Shown here one piece after another: positions 37,125-47,054 of a DNA stretch of 64,000 nucleotides (positions are counted from its first letter, which is position 1; every line of letters begins with the position of its first letter). The stretch comes from an uncultured bacterium (GTDB lineage: Bacteria; Acidobacteriota; Thermoanaerobaculia; Multivoradales; JAHZIX01). Under the pieces are notes generated by a model, which saw nothing but the letters and a program-made list of their open reading frames with translations, searched no databases and was not told where the DNA came from. Location: the NCBI GenBank assembly GCA_965368975.1, contig CBDUPA010000015.1, positions 1-64,000 on the forward strand, in the 5' to 3' direction. The position numbers and the translations under genes are program-made.

Positions 37125-37443
37125 CTCGGCTTCTCCTTCGGAGCCCTATAGGCTCACAGCATGAGCTTTCGGAAAGATCTGTCTATTTCTCAAGGGCCAC
37201 TAGCCAGCAATCGTGGACCGCTGCGTCAATGTTAATGCTGTTATAGCATACAGAATCCCCCATGGGAAGCCCCCTCCACCATGATCTTCGACAAGGGCAA
37301 GCTACGGTATTGCCGAACCACCACCTCGACTCAACTAGTAACGGGGCACGCAGCGCCGAGCGGCTGCCGCTCGCTGAACCGAACGTGAGCCGCTCCGGTG
37401 ACGGGTCAGCTGCGCCGCTCTCCCGGCTGACGGAACTCTCGGC

Positions 37444-40164
37444 CTACAGCACCCGGCACAGATGGCCACCGACGTAGGCACCCAACGCCCGGTAGGCTTC
37501 GAATTGCGCGTCGTTGAACTGCTGATCCACGGTGCCCTGGTGCGGAAAAGCTGGGAAGAGCTGACGGAAGGAGAGCACCTGCACCGGCACGCGTTCGGAG
37601 ACCTCCTGTGCGTCGTCGCAGTCTTCCTCTAGCTGCGCGGCGAGCGCTTGCGGAACAGACGCCTTGACGTACACCAAACGGCCTTCGCTCGCCTCCTGGT
37701 GCTCGGTTCTCGGATAGTAGATCCGCCCTTCGACGACGCCCCGCTCATTGAGCAGGCCGAAGCCGTCGGCCTCACAGCGGCGGCGGATCGGTGTCAGGTC
37801 GATGTCAATGCGGATGTTCTGTTCAACGAAGGCCATGCGCAGCGCGTTGTTGAAAGACTTGAAGGCGTAGTCTTCATCGGCCTCGGCGTCACACACCACC
37901 ACCAGAGAGCAGCGACGGTCGAGCAAGGGCATGAGACCCAAGTTGTCGCCGGTGTGACCGCCGTCGGACAGGTTCACGAGACGCTCGCGGGCGCTGGCCA
38001 GGCCGAACATTTCGAGCAGGAAGTACCAGGTCCACGACGTCAGGGGTTTTTCCGGCTGACCGCCATTGCGGTAGTACCACGGGTTCTCCATCCAGTACCC
38101 CAGACGGGCGTTGAACAGCGTGGTGAAGAACGCCTGCGCCAGGAAGCTGTGGCGCCCGACCGCCGAGCCGACGGCGGCGGCGGAGATGGTCATGGCGCGC
38201 GCCAGCTTGGTCTCTCCACGTCGGTAGTCGCGAGTGCGCACGTAGCCAGTGACGCGCGAGCCCACGTAGTCCCGGGTGAACAAGAAGTGCTCAGACAGGA
38301 AGGTCTTGCGGTTGAGTTCGTCGGAGCCGCGCAAGTTGAGCGCCGCAACGATCAGGTGGTAGGGGCCACGGTGACCGTCACCGAGCTGGCTCAGCTTGAG
38401 CTCGGTGTCGTCGCGCAGCACGCGCAGCGGCATGCCCTGGTGGTCCCGCTCGCGATCACGCCGAAAACGAGCGTAGGTGCGCAGGTAGGCCTCGCTCAGG
38501 CGGTCTCGGTAGAAGTAGTGCAAGGAGACGCGGTTGGGGTCGATCAGGTTGCTGAAGAAGAAGAAACTGCCGAGAGTCGCGAAGGCGATGCCGACCAGCC
38601 ACCATTCAAGTTCACTGTGCCCCAGTGTCTCGACGAGCCTCGAGGACGTAGCGGCGAAGAGCAGGGTCAGGAACAGCACCATGCCGAGGGTGGCGATCCA
38701 GTGCAACTGCTGGGTCGATAGGCGCCGCCGCACCGGCGAGTCGCTCGCCTGGCGCGAAGCACGATAGCCGACGATCAGGAAGATGACCGCCAGGAACGAG
38801 ATTGGCATCTCGCCAAGGGCCAGCAGCACGACCAGCAGTGGCGGCGTCACCAGAGCCAGGAGCACGCCCAAGGTGGCGGCACCCTGCAAGCTACCGAACA
38901 GCGAGCGCCGCAGACGTCCTTGACGGTCGGGACGCAGCTCGCGGAAAGACTCCTCGATCTGCGTCCACAGATGGGTCAACAACAAGCCCCCGAGCGCGAA
39001 GGCCGCCGGCAGCCACACGCCGGCCAGGAAATGCTCCCGGCCCACAGTGCCGACCTGAAACACACCCAGGGCCACCGCCAGCGCCACGGCCAGGGCCAGC
39101 GACCAGAAATTGAAGGCACGCACGAAGCGTGCCTCGTGTTCGTCCTCGCCGGTCCAGCCCGAACGCGTCACCTTCGGCGGACGGTAGGCGTCGAGTCCCT
39201 GCAGGCGCAGACAGCGCGGCACCGCGAAGGCAAGCCACAGGGCACACCACAGGGCCCCGACCGCCGCCGCCGCGCCCAGCCAGCGAAGGTCGACCTGCAC
39301 GCTGTCTCGAATCAGTCGCATCGGTGTACCCACGTGCTGGTCGGCCCAGGCCGAGAGCGTGGTCAGCACGTAGTCCGGCAGCTGCAACAGCTCGCCATTC
39401 CAGGCGTCGGGGTTCACCGCCGCGGCGGCACGTTCAGGCAGCAGCTGGCGCAGGCCGGGGTCGAAGACACAGAGCAAGACGAGAATGATCGCCACGACAC
39501 CAACGAAGGAGAGGACGAAGAGGCCGGTGCTGTGCAACAAGCCAGCCGCCACCGAGCCGACCGCCCGCTGGACGTCGCGCGACAACGCTCGCCGCCGCGG
39601 CACCAAGTACTCACCGTGGGTGCGTAGGTGATGCATCTGGTGGCGCACGGACAACCGCGTCTTGCCCGCCGGCTTGTAACCATCTTCCTCATGCAAGCCA
39701 ACGAAGGGCGAAGATCCGGCAGCCAAACCGACATCTCCCTTGGTCCGAGAATCCTCGCCCTCGTCTTCCTGCGTCAACAAGGACGTCAGGCAACTACCGA
39801 TGAAGCCACCACCCGAGACCGTGCTGAGATAGTCGAAGCTCTGCAACCGGCTCCTGCCCGTCTCGGGATGCTCGTGCTGGACCAGCGCCTGCAGCACGCC
39901 TAGATTGAAGGTCGCGGAGCGTACGCCACCCCCAGACAGACACAGCCCTGCAGTCGCGGGTACCTCGTCGAGTCCCGGCAATCCATTGCGCAGCCGGCGC
40001 TGCCGCAGGTACCCGCGCTCGGCTGCCACAACATCGCGGAAGCGCAGAGTGAATCGGCTGTCGCCGGCAGCTTCCTCGGCGGCCTCCATGCCCTCGCGCC
40101 GGGACTTCGCCTTGACCTCCGTCGCTTCGGCCCGGATGCCATTCTTCACGCCACCATCATCCAT
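37444..40164 (-). CDS. Patatin-like phospholipase with transmembrane insert
   Basis: LSGGGVRSA, STVSGG, LSDGGH motifs; start taken as ATG 40164. Confidence 0.85.
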   Translation of the reverse strand: MDDGGVKNGIRAEATEVKAKSRREGMEAAEEAAGDSRFTLRFRDVVAAERGYLRQRRLRNGLPGLDEVPATAGLCLSGGGVRSATFNLGVLQALVQHEHPETGRSRLQSFDYLSTVSGGGFIGSCLTSLLTQEDEGEDSRTKGDVGLAAGSSPFVGLHEEDGYKPAGKTRLSVRHQMHHLRTHGEYLVPRRRALSRDVQRAVGSVAAGLLHSTGLFVLSFVGVVAIILVLLCVFDPGLRQLLPERAAAAVNPDAWNGELLQLPDYVLTTLSAWADQHVGTPMRLIRDSVQVDLRWLGAAAAVGALWCALWLAFAVPRCLRLQGLDAYRPPKVTRSGWTGEDEHEARFVRAFNFWSLALAVALAVALGVFQVGTVGREHFLAGVWLPAAFALGGLLLTHLWTQIEESFRELRPDRQGRLRRSLFGSLQGAATLGVLLALVTPPLLVVLLALGEMPISFLAVIFLIVGYRASRQASDSPVRRRLSTQQLHWIATLGMVLFLTLLFAATSSRLVETLGHSELEWWLVGIAFATLGSFFFFSNLIDPNRVSLHYFYRDRLSEAYLRTYARFRRDRERDHQGMPLRVLRDDTELKLSQLGDGHRGPYHLIVAALNLRGSDELNRKTFLSEHFLFTRDYVGSRVTGYVRTRDYRRGETKLARAMTISAAAVGSAVGRHSFLAQAFFTTLFNARLGYWMENPWYYRNGGQPEKPLTSWTWYFLLEMFGLASARERLVNLSDGGHTGDNLGLMPLLDRRCSLVVVCDAEADEDYAFKSFNNALRMAFVEQNIRIDIDLTPIRRRCEADGFGLLNERGVVEGRIYYPRTEHQEASEGRLVYVKASVPQALAAQLEEDCDDAQEVSERVPVQVLSFRQLFPAFPHQGTVDQQFNDAQFEAYRALGAYVGGHLCRVL

Positions 40165-40306
40165 GGTCGCTCCTCGCACGTGTTCGCTTGGTTTCGGACT
40201 CTGTCGGTCATTACAACGCACTGGAACAGGACCGTCAAACGAGTGCGCTAAGATCTTGCTTCGGCGGCCCGTTTCGCTCTTTCTTGCAACTTCGAGGAGA
40301 CCCACC

Positions 40307-41716
40307 ATGCGCCACTTGACCTCCTGCCTCATCTCCTGCTGCACGGCGCTCCTGCTGTGCCTGCCACTGGCCCTCGAGGCCGGCGAGCGGAGCAGCTACT
40401 GGCCGCAATGCCGCGGCCCCGACGCCGACGGCGTAGCCTCGCATGCGGACCCACCGACCACTTGGAGCGAGGGCGAGAACGTGCGCCTCAAGGTCGCGAT
40501 CCCCGGCCGTGGTCAGTCGACCCCGGTGATCTGGGGCGATTCGATCTTCCTGCTCACCGCCATCCCGGTCGACGAGGCCGCCGCGGCAGCCTCAGAGCAA
40601 GCTGCGGCTGACAAGATGGCCAACCAACAGTGGCCACCAGCCGTCACGCCGGTGGAGCAGCGCTTCGTGGTGATGGCCCTGTCACGTCAAGACGGCAGCG
40701 TCCAGTGGCAACACACCGCCGTCCAGCAGGTGCCCGAGGGTCCCTACCATCTCGACGCGTCGTGGGCTTCGGCTTCGCCGGTCACCGATGGTGAACGCCT
40801 TTTCGCCTTCTTCGGCTCGCAAGGCCTCTTCGCCTATACCCTCGACGGCAAGCTCTTGTGGAGCCAGGATCTGGGCACCATGGAGACGCGCGCCGGCTTT
40901 GGCGAGGGTGCGTCACCGGCGCTGCACGATGGCGTCCTGGTAGTCAATTGGGACCATGAGAAGGACTCCTTCATCGTCGCCTTCGACGCCGCCACCGGCG
41001 AAGAACTCTGGCGCCAGCCGCGCCCCGAGGAACCGACCTCGTGGTCGACACCCTTGATCGTCGAAACAAAGGGCGGTGAAAGGGACGGCGAAGCGCAGGT
41101 CGTCGTCGCCGCTACCGGCGCCAGTCGCGGCTACGACCTGAAGACCGGTGCAGAGATCTGGCGCGCCAGCGGCATGACCCTCAACACCATCCCGACACCC
41201 CTCCACCGCAACGGTGTCGTCTACCTGACGTCCGGCTTCCGCGGCAACATGCTGCAAGCGGTTTCGCTGGCCCAGGCCAAGGGTGATGTCAGCGGCGGCG
41301 ACGCGATCCTGTGGAGTCACGATCGCGACACGCCCTACGTGCCGTCACCGGTGCTCTACGACGGTCATATCTACTTCCTCAAGCGCTTCGGCAACATCTT
41401 GTCGGTGCTCGACGCCAACACCGGTGAGTCCCGGCACCTGGGACGCCTGGAAGGCCTCGCCAACGTCTACGCCTCCCCCGTCGCCGCTGCCGGCAACATC
41501 TACTTCCTCAGCCGTGAAGGCAAGACCGCCGTCCTGCGCGCCGGCGCACCGCCAGAGTTGTTGGCCCTCAACGAGCTGGACGACGGCTTCGAAGCCTCAC
41601 CGGCAATCGCTGGTGACGAGCTGTACCTGCGAGGTAGGAAGTATCTGTATGTGATCAGCGAGTCGGAAACGGCAAAGCCGGGCCGCGAGACACGAGACGC
41701 GGCGACGGGGCGCTGA
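40307..41716 (+). CDS. PQQ-binding-like beta-propeller protein
   Basis: Signal peptide, WPQCRGP, repeated DxxTGxxxW and SP motifs; AGGAG RBS before ATG 40307. Confidence 0.88.
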   Translation: MRHLTSCLISCCTALLLCLPLALEAGERSSYWPQCRGPDADGVASHADPPTTWSEGENVRLKVAIPGRGQSTPVIWGDSIFLLTAIPVDEAAAAASEQAAADKMANQQWPPAVTPVEQRFVVMALSRQDGSVQWQHTAVQQVPEGPYHLDASWASASPVTDGERLFAFFGSQGLFAYTLDGKLLWSQDLGTMETRAGFGEGASPALHDGVLVVNWDHEKDSFIVAFDAATGEELWRQPRPEEPTSWSTPLIVETKGGERDGEAQVVVAATGASRGYDLKTGAEIWRASGMTLNTIPTPLHRNGVVYLTSGFRGNMLQAVSLAQAKGDVSGGDAILWSHDRDTPYVPSPVLYDGHIYFLKRFGNILSVLDANTGESRHLGRLEGLANVYASPVAAAGNIYFLSREGKTAVLRAGAPPELLALNELDDGFEASPAIAGDELYLRGRKYLYVISESETAKPGRETRDAATGR

Positions 41717-41737
41717 CCGGCTCCGGGGCGGTCGGTC

Positions 41738-43078
41738 TCAAGAGTTCTCTGACGCCGCGATCCAGCGCCTCGCCTTCAGCTCGAAGCGCGGCAGCGTCCC
41801 AGGCGCGACGGCGGTGACCGGCAGGCGAACGTGGAAAGCGGTGCGCAGGTCGTGCTCCAGCTGGCGCGCCAGCGCGGCACCGTCGTCGACTTCCGGCGCC
41901 GGCTCGACGGTCACCCGCAGCTCGGCCAGTGCGCCGCGCAGGTCGTGGACGACGCGAAACTCGGCCACACCGGGGCGCTGGCGGATCACTCCCTCGACCG
42001 CGCTCGGGTACAGGTTGACCCCGCGCACCACCACCATGTCGTCGACACGCGCCAGAATGCCACCGTCGAGGGCCAGCTCGGCCGTTCCCAGCTCTTCGGG
42101 CGAACGCAGGCTCTTGCGCACCAGGTCGCCGGTGCGGTAGCGCAGCAGCGGCGAACCGGGCCGCCGCAGCGTGGTCAGCACCAACTCGCCACTGTCCCCA
42201 TCCGTCACCGGCTCGCCCGTCGCCGGATCGAGGATTTCGGCCAGGAAGGCCCCCTCGTCGACGTGCAGCAGGTCTGGGAACGCCGGGTTGGGAAAGCTCA
42301 CTGGCCCGACCTCGGTCATGCCGTGGTGGTCGAAGACCCGCGCGCCACCCCAGGCTTGCGAGAGCCGCTCCCGCACAGCCGGCACGCTACCTCCCGCCTC
42401 CCCAGCCACGATCAGCGTGCGCCGTTGTCCCGGCTCGAGCCCGGCATCCAGTCCGGATGTCAGGTCGATCCCTTCCGCCTTCGCCACCTCGGCCAAGCGC
42501 AGCGCGTAGGTCGGCGTGCAGCAGATCATCGTCGCCTGGTTGTCGAGCAGCAGTCGCAGGCGTCCGGAACTGCTCAAGCCACCGCCCGGGATCGCCAGCA
42601 TTCCAAGCTGCGCCGCCGCTTCGAAGGCGGTCCAGAAGCCGAGAAAGGGGCCAAAGGAGAACGGCACAAAGGCTCGATCCTCGGCCGTCGCCCCGGCGGC
42701 CTGGAAGACGCGCTTCCACACATCGAGCAACGCCGCCCAACCGTCGGACGTGTCGAGCCAGCGCATCGGCTGCCCTGTCGTACCGCTGGTCTGGTGGAAG
42801 CGGGTGTAGCGCTCGAGCGGATAGCTGAGATTGCTACCGTACGGCGGATACCGCTGCTGGTCCTCAACCAACTGCGCCTTGGTGGTGCACGGCATGTGAC
42901 GGCGAAAAGTCTCGAGGTCGGGAAGTTGCCCCGCATCGTCCCCCGCGTCTGGCGATAGCCCAATCGCGCGCAGACGCGGCGCGTAGAAGGCGTTCGACGC
43001 CAGCTCGCCGAGCAGGAACCTCAGTCGCTGCAGTTGTAGAGCTTCGATCTGCTGACGCGAGCGCCCGTCAACCGGCAT
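41738..43078 (-). CDS. Phenylacetate-CoA ligase-family (ANL) protein
   Basis: TSGTTGQP, HGMTE, RYRTGD, RVDDMVVVRGVN. Confidence 0.9.
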   Translation of the reverse strand: MPVDGRSRQQIEALQLQRLRFLLGELASNAFYAPRLRAIGLSPDAGDDAGQLPDLETFRRHMPCTTKAQLVEDQQRYPPYGSNLSYPLERYTRFHQTSGTTGQPMRWLDTSDGWAALLDVWKRVFQAAGATAEDRAFVPFSFGPFLGFWTAFEAAAQLGMLAIPGGGLSSSGRLRLLLDNQATMICCTPTYALRLAEVAKAEGIDLTSGLDAGLEPGQRRTLIVAGEAGGSVPAVRERLSQAWGGARVFDHHGMTEVGPVSFPNPAFPDLLHVDEGAFLAEILDPATGEPVTDGDSGELVLTTLRRPGSPLLRYRTGDLVRKSLRSPEELGTAELALDGGILARVDDMVVVRGVNLYPSAVEGVIRQRPGVAEFRVVHDLRGALAELRVTVEPAPEVDDGAALARQLEHDLRTAFHVRLPVTAVAPGTLPRFELKARRWIAASENS

Positions 43079-43658
43079 CGCGACCACCACCCGGCGCTTC
43101 AACGGACATCTCGATAGGCCTCTCGGAGGGCGGCAAGATCTCCACCACTTCCGCCAGCGTCGCCCCGCTCTCCCGCGAGAGGATGTTGTGGCGCCCGTAC
43201 AGCAGCGTCCCCAAGTCGGCATCCAAAGCCTGGCAGATGCTGGACTGGCACGGCAGACGCAAGAAAGTGCTCGGCCGGCTCAGATACGGCACGCTGTACT
43301 TCGCCAGAATCGCCCCCAGCGGCCGAGTGCCGTCGAGCACTTCGCTACACGCCTGGCTATCGAGATTCTCCAAGTGAATTCGGATCGCGCCGAACTCGAC
43401 CGGCTTGTCGCTGTCGACACCGGCCAGCACGACCCGTCGGTGCAACACCGAACCCTCCAAACGCTTTTCCAGCACTCGCAGGCACATCATCTCTCCGTGG
43501 AAGCGCTCCAGCGTCGAGGTCATGTCCTGGCGGTGGACCAGAAGGCTCCGATACGGCTCGGGCAGCGAATCACCCGGGATGGTCTCGGCAATCAAGGACG
43601 GCAGGAGGAAGGTCGCGGTGAGGTCGAGGGGCGAAAGAGCAGCGTGCACGTCAAGCAT
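43068..43658 (-). CDS. Chorismate lyase-like hypothetical protein
   Basis: LLVHRQDMTSTLE, RRVVL, PLGAIL, VVEILP resemble the UbiC/DUF98 fold. Confidence 0.6.
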   Translation of the reverse strand: MLDVHAALSPLDLTATFLLPSLIAETIPGDSLPEPYRSLLVHRQDMTSTLERFHGEMMCLRVLEKRLEGSVLHRRVVLAGVDSDKPVEFGAIRIHLENLDSQACSEVLDGTRPLGAILAKYSVPYLSRPSTFLRLPCQSSICQALDADLGTLLYGRHNILSRESGATLAEVVEILPPSERPIEMSVEAPGGGRDAG

Positions 43659-43963
43659 GCCCTGAATCTACGACAGAAGTCGGAGGAAGTTCCAGTCAAC
43701 GCCACGCTGCTCTCAGCCCATCGCCTGCTCCACGACGGCCGACGTCGAGCGACGTCGGGCCGCGTTATCGAAGTGGCAGAAGAAATCGCATCGACCCTTT
43801 AAAGCACTCATAAATAGACCCTTACGGCGACCAAGAACCTGGCACCCAGCTTGCTATCTCAGGCTCTCGCAGCGCTGCCTTGCCTGGCGCCAGAACGTCC
43901 CGGCGCGGCAGCAAGCAAGTTGCACAAACCCATTTCTCACAACCAACCCAAGGAGAACGCCCC

Positions 43964-44188
43964 ATGGCCGTCAATCCCATCATCTTCAACCGCCTCGACA
44001 ACGAGATCAACTACGAGACTCAGCCCCCCATGGGCTCGGGCACGATCACCGCCAACAATGGGGCGACGATCAATGGTCCCGCCGAGGTGTTCTTGAGTTC
44101 AGCCAAGGGCGGCTACGCCTTCACCCAGTTCGATGCTCACGAAGGCTACGAGTACACCATCGACCTGACCAGTAAGAAGATCGGCTGA
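43964..44188 (+). CDS. Small 74-aa hypothetical protein
   Basis: AAGGAG RBS, host-like codon usage, 33 nt upstream of the glycosyltransferase. Confidence 0.75.
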   Translation: MAVNPIIFNRLDNEINYETQPPMGSGTITANNGATINGPAEVFLSSAKGGYAFTQFDAHEGYEYTIDLTSKKIG

Positions 44189-44221
44189 TCCTCGACCAGC
44201 GAACGAAAGGAGACCTGTACC

Positions 44222-45514
44222 ATGCTCGAAACCCGCAAGCCTCGCGTCTTGGTAGTTGGGGATGCCGTGGCACCTACCGGCTTCGCCCGCGTCGTACGGG
44301 AAATCTTTCAACCGCTGGTCGCCGCGCCCGAGGCGCAGTCGTGGGAGATCCACCAGCTCGGCACCAACTACTTCGGGGATCCCCACGACTGGCCTTGGCC
44401 TGTCTACCCCGCCGCCACCGGCGGCTACAATACCGGCGCCCACCGCCTAGCCGGCTTGGTCCAGAAACTACAGCCGGACCTGGTGTTCGCGATCAATGAC
44501 CCTTGGGTGCTCGCCGAGTACCTGGACGCGCTAGAGCCGTTCGAGGATGTCAAGAAGGTGCTCTACTGCGCCTTCAACACCGGCCCCATCGACCCGGAGG
44601 TGCTGCCGAAGTTGAGCCGGTGTGACCGCTTCGTCGTCTACACCGAGTTCATCCGCAAGGCGATGCATGAGGCGCTCGAGCAGGCCCGGGACCAGCCGAC
44701 CAGCAAAGAAGACGGCGGTCATTTCGACTTCCCCAAAAAATTCCCAGACGTCGAAGTGATGCCCCACGGCGTCGACCTCACTACCTTCCACCCCCTGGCC
44801 AGCGATCGTCGAGACGCCAAGCAGCAGGCGCGGGAAGCTCTCTTCGCCGGGCATCCCGAACTCCAGGACGGCTTCATCGTCCTCAACTCGAACCGCAACC
44901 AGCCACGCAAGCGCATCGATATCACCATGGCCGGTTTTGCGCACTTCGTCGCAGATCTGCCCGAAAGTGACGCCCGCAGGGTCTTCCTGCACCTGCACAT
45001 GGGACTCAAGGACCTGGGCTGGGACATCCGCCAGCTCGGCCGCCGTCTCGGCATCGACCGCCACCTGATCCTCACCGGCCTGCACTCCGGCCCGCCCCAC
45101 GTCGACGACGCGCAGCTCAACGCCATCTTCAACGCCGCCGACATCGGCATCAACACCGCCACCAGCGAAGGTTGGGGCCTGGTGAGCCTGGAGCAAGGTG
45201 CCGCCGGTCTGGCGCAGATGGTGCCCGATCACACTAGCGGTCGCGAGTTGTGGCACGGCGCGGCCGAGCTGCTACGACCCGCGCTCAGCTTGACTGACCC
45301 CGCCACCCTGTGCACTGAACAGCTGATCGACCCTCTCACCGTCGCCGCCAGCCTGCGCGACCTCTACGACCACCCGGAACGACTGCGCGAACTGGAAGAA
45401 GCGGCTGTTCGCGTGAGCAGCCGGTCCAAGTATCGCTGGGACCAGATCGCGGGCCAATGGCAAGACCTCTTCCTAGCGACGCTGAACGTCGAGCCCGCAC
45501 CGGCCCGGTGCTGA
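44222..45514 (+). CDS. Glycosyltransferase family 4 protein
   Basis: PTGFARV, HGVD, RNQPRKRID, EGWGLVSLE (Ex7E). Confidence 0.9.
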   Translation: MLETRKPRVLVVGDAVAPTGFARVVREIFQPLVAAPEAQSWEIHQLGTNYFGDPHDWPWPVYPAATGGYNTGAHRLAGLVQKLQPDLVFAINDPWVLAEYLDALEPFEDVKKVLYCAFNTGPIDPEVLPKLSRCDRFVVYTEFIRKAMHEALEQARDQPTSKEDGGHFDFPKKFPDVEVMPHGVDLTTFHPLASDRRDAKQQAREALFAGHPELQDGFIVLNSNRNQPRKRIDITMAGFAHFVADLPESDARRVFLHLHMGLKDLGWDIRQLGRRLGIDRHLILTGLHSGPPHVDDAQLNAIFNAADIGINTATSEGWGLVSLEQGAAGLAQMVPDHTSGRELWHGAAELLRPALSLTDPATLCTEQLIDPLTVAASLRDLYDHPERLRELEEAAVRVSSRSKYRWDQIAGQWQDLFLATLNVEPAPARC

Positions 45515-45757
45515 TATGGCGCCACCTGCCCCGCGTTGTCGGCCGATGTCGATCAACGTCGACTCACGTCGGTCAACCTTGCCCCAGCGCTCAAAGCCCT
45601 TCATTTAAACCGCCAATAATCAGAACAAAAACAATAAAAACAGGAACTTACAAAAAATACCCAAAGATGGCACAGCACTTGCTGTACATGACTCTCAAGC
45701 CGCCGCACAGTGCGATGCGGTTCCTGCAAGTTCAATTCTCAGAAAGGACACACAGAC

Positions 45758-46126
45758 ATGCCAACGAAGGAAGACGCCAGCGTAGCCACTTTCAAGGTCG
45801 ACATCCCGGCCGGCCCCCTCTGGAGCAACGACGAAGCGCAGAAGCTCGGCCCGTCGATCGCCGCCGCCCACCTGGGCAAGTTCACCGGCCAGTGGACCAC
45901 CGTCGTGCCGAACCAGATGAGCGTCGTGCAGGTGGAACTGCCGGCCCAGCCGACCGGCGACACCGAATACACCATGGATGTGCTCGCGGGTCCGATCTGG
46001 AGCAACGACGACGCCAAGGAGAAGTGCCCGTCGATCTGCGCCAGCTACGGCGGCACCTGGAACGGTCAGTGGAAGACGGTCGTCGAAGGCAAGATGAGCG
46101 TCGCCGGCTGCACGTTCAAGTTCTGA
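45758..46126 (+). CDS. Mannan-binding lectin, MVL family (two tandem repeats)
   Basis: Two AGP(L/I)WSN...GQW.TVV...MSV repeats as in Microcystis viridis lectin; AAGGA RBS. Confidence 0.92.
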   Translation: MPTKEDASVATFKVDIPAGPLWSNDEAQKLGPSIAAAHLGKFTGQWTTVVPNQMSVVQVELPAQPTGDTEYTMDVLAGPIWSNDDAKEKCPSICASYGGTWNGQWKTVVEGKMSVAGCTFKF

Positions 46127-46155
46127 TTTTCTAAGCCCGATCCCCAATAACTCCG

Positions 46156-46183
46156 AAAGGCCACAGGATTCCTGTGGCCTTTT
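46156..46183 (+). terminator. Rho-independent terminator (possibly bidirectional)
   Basis: aaaggccacagg-att-cctgtggcctttt between convergent genes. Confidence 0.85.
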
Positions 46184-46233
46184 GTGCGTCTGGGCCCGTT
46201 TCCAGGGCAGCTTCGGTGCAAGCAGAGGCAGAG

Positions 46234-46791
46234 TTAGTCGCGCCGCTGGAAACGCAGGCGGAAGCCCTCCTCGTCTCCATCGGAGACGGTGACCGTCAAC
46301 TCCTTGCCTTCCGCGAGTTGGCCCTCCCTCAGCTGGCCAGCACCGAGCCGATACTCGAGCTTCTTCGGAAAATCGTGATCCGGGTTCTCGAAGACGGCTG
46401 ACGCTTCCGAGCACTCGGTGAGATGGAAGGCGACCGGCAGCGCATTGTGCGCGACCTTCGGGATGTAGAAGACCGCATCGCCCATCTCGACCAGCCGTAG
46501 CTCTTCGCGGCTCTTCAGGTCGCCGCTGTCGGCATCGCGCGTCTCGCCAATGCCCTCGAAGGTCGAAGTGCTGACCTCTTTCCAGGACTCGGAAATCACG
46601 CTCGTCTGGCCGGCTGACGGCACCGTCTGCCAATCGCCGAGCAGCCACCGTACATCTTGCAGCGAGTTGCAGGTCGGCGCGTCGGTGTTCGGCGGATCTG
46701 CCATAGCAGAGAAAGAAGGGACGAGAGTCGAGAGCAGCACAAGAGCAGCGATCAACGCCCGAGCGTAAGCACGGAACCTGGACGCAATCAC
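46234..46791 (-). CDS. Secreted DUF6265-like protein
   Basis: WLLGDW, ESW, AVFENPDHDFPKKLEY; GTG start overlaps the upstream stop. Confidence 0.75.
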   Translation of the reverse strand: MIASRFRAYARALIAALVLLSTLVPSFSAMADPPNTDAPTCNSLQDVRWLLGDWQTVPSAGQTSVISESWKEVSTSTFEGIGETRDADSGDLKSREELRLVEMGDAVFYIPKVAHNALPVAFHLTECSEASAVFENPDHDFPKKLEYRLGAGQLREGQLAEGKELTVTVSDGDEEGFRLRFQRRD

Positions 46792-46928
46792 GTGCGCTTG
46801 GCCTTCTTCTTGGCCTTCTTCACCTTCTCTTGGCGCTTCGCCGGATCGAGCCGGGCCATCAAGGGACACCGCTGGCAGGCGTCGGGCTTCTTCTTGTACT
46901 TCTTGCAGCACTTGGATTTCAGCTTCAT
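46788..46928 (-). CDS. Small Lys/Cys-rich protein (46 aa)
   Basis: MKLKSKCCKKYKKKPDACQRCP...; uniform AAG codons; GTGA coupling to the next gene. Confidence 0.65.
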   Translation of the reverse strand: MKLKSKCCKKYKKKPDACQRCPLMARLDPAKRQEKVKKAKKKAKRT

Positions 46929-47054
46929 CTGGCAGTGGTCCCTGGTGCGTGTCCGGCTGTGACTGAAGCGGAATGAGAAGTTATTGAGATGCACTCTCAA
47001 CAGGAGTAGAGAGATAGTGGACTATTACGGTCCGCTTTGTCAAGCAGGGGTCGG

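Noticed and set aside
39905-40344. Long N-terminal extensions making the patatin and PQQ-propeller genes overlap
   Set aside because: Better starts exist at 40164(-) and 40307(+), the latter with RBS and signal peptide.
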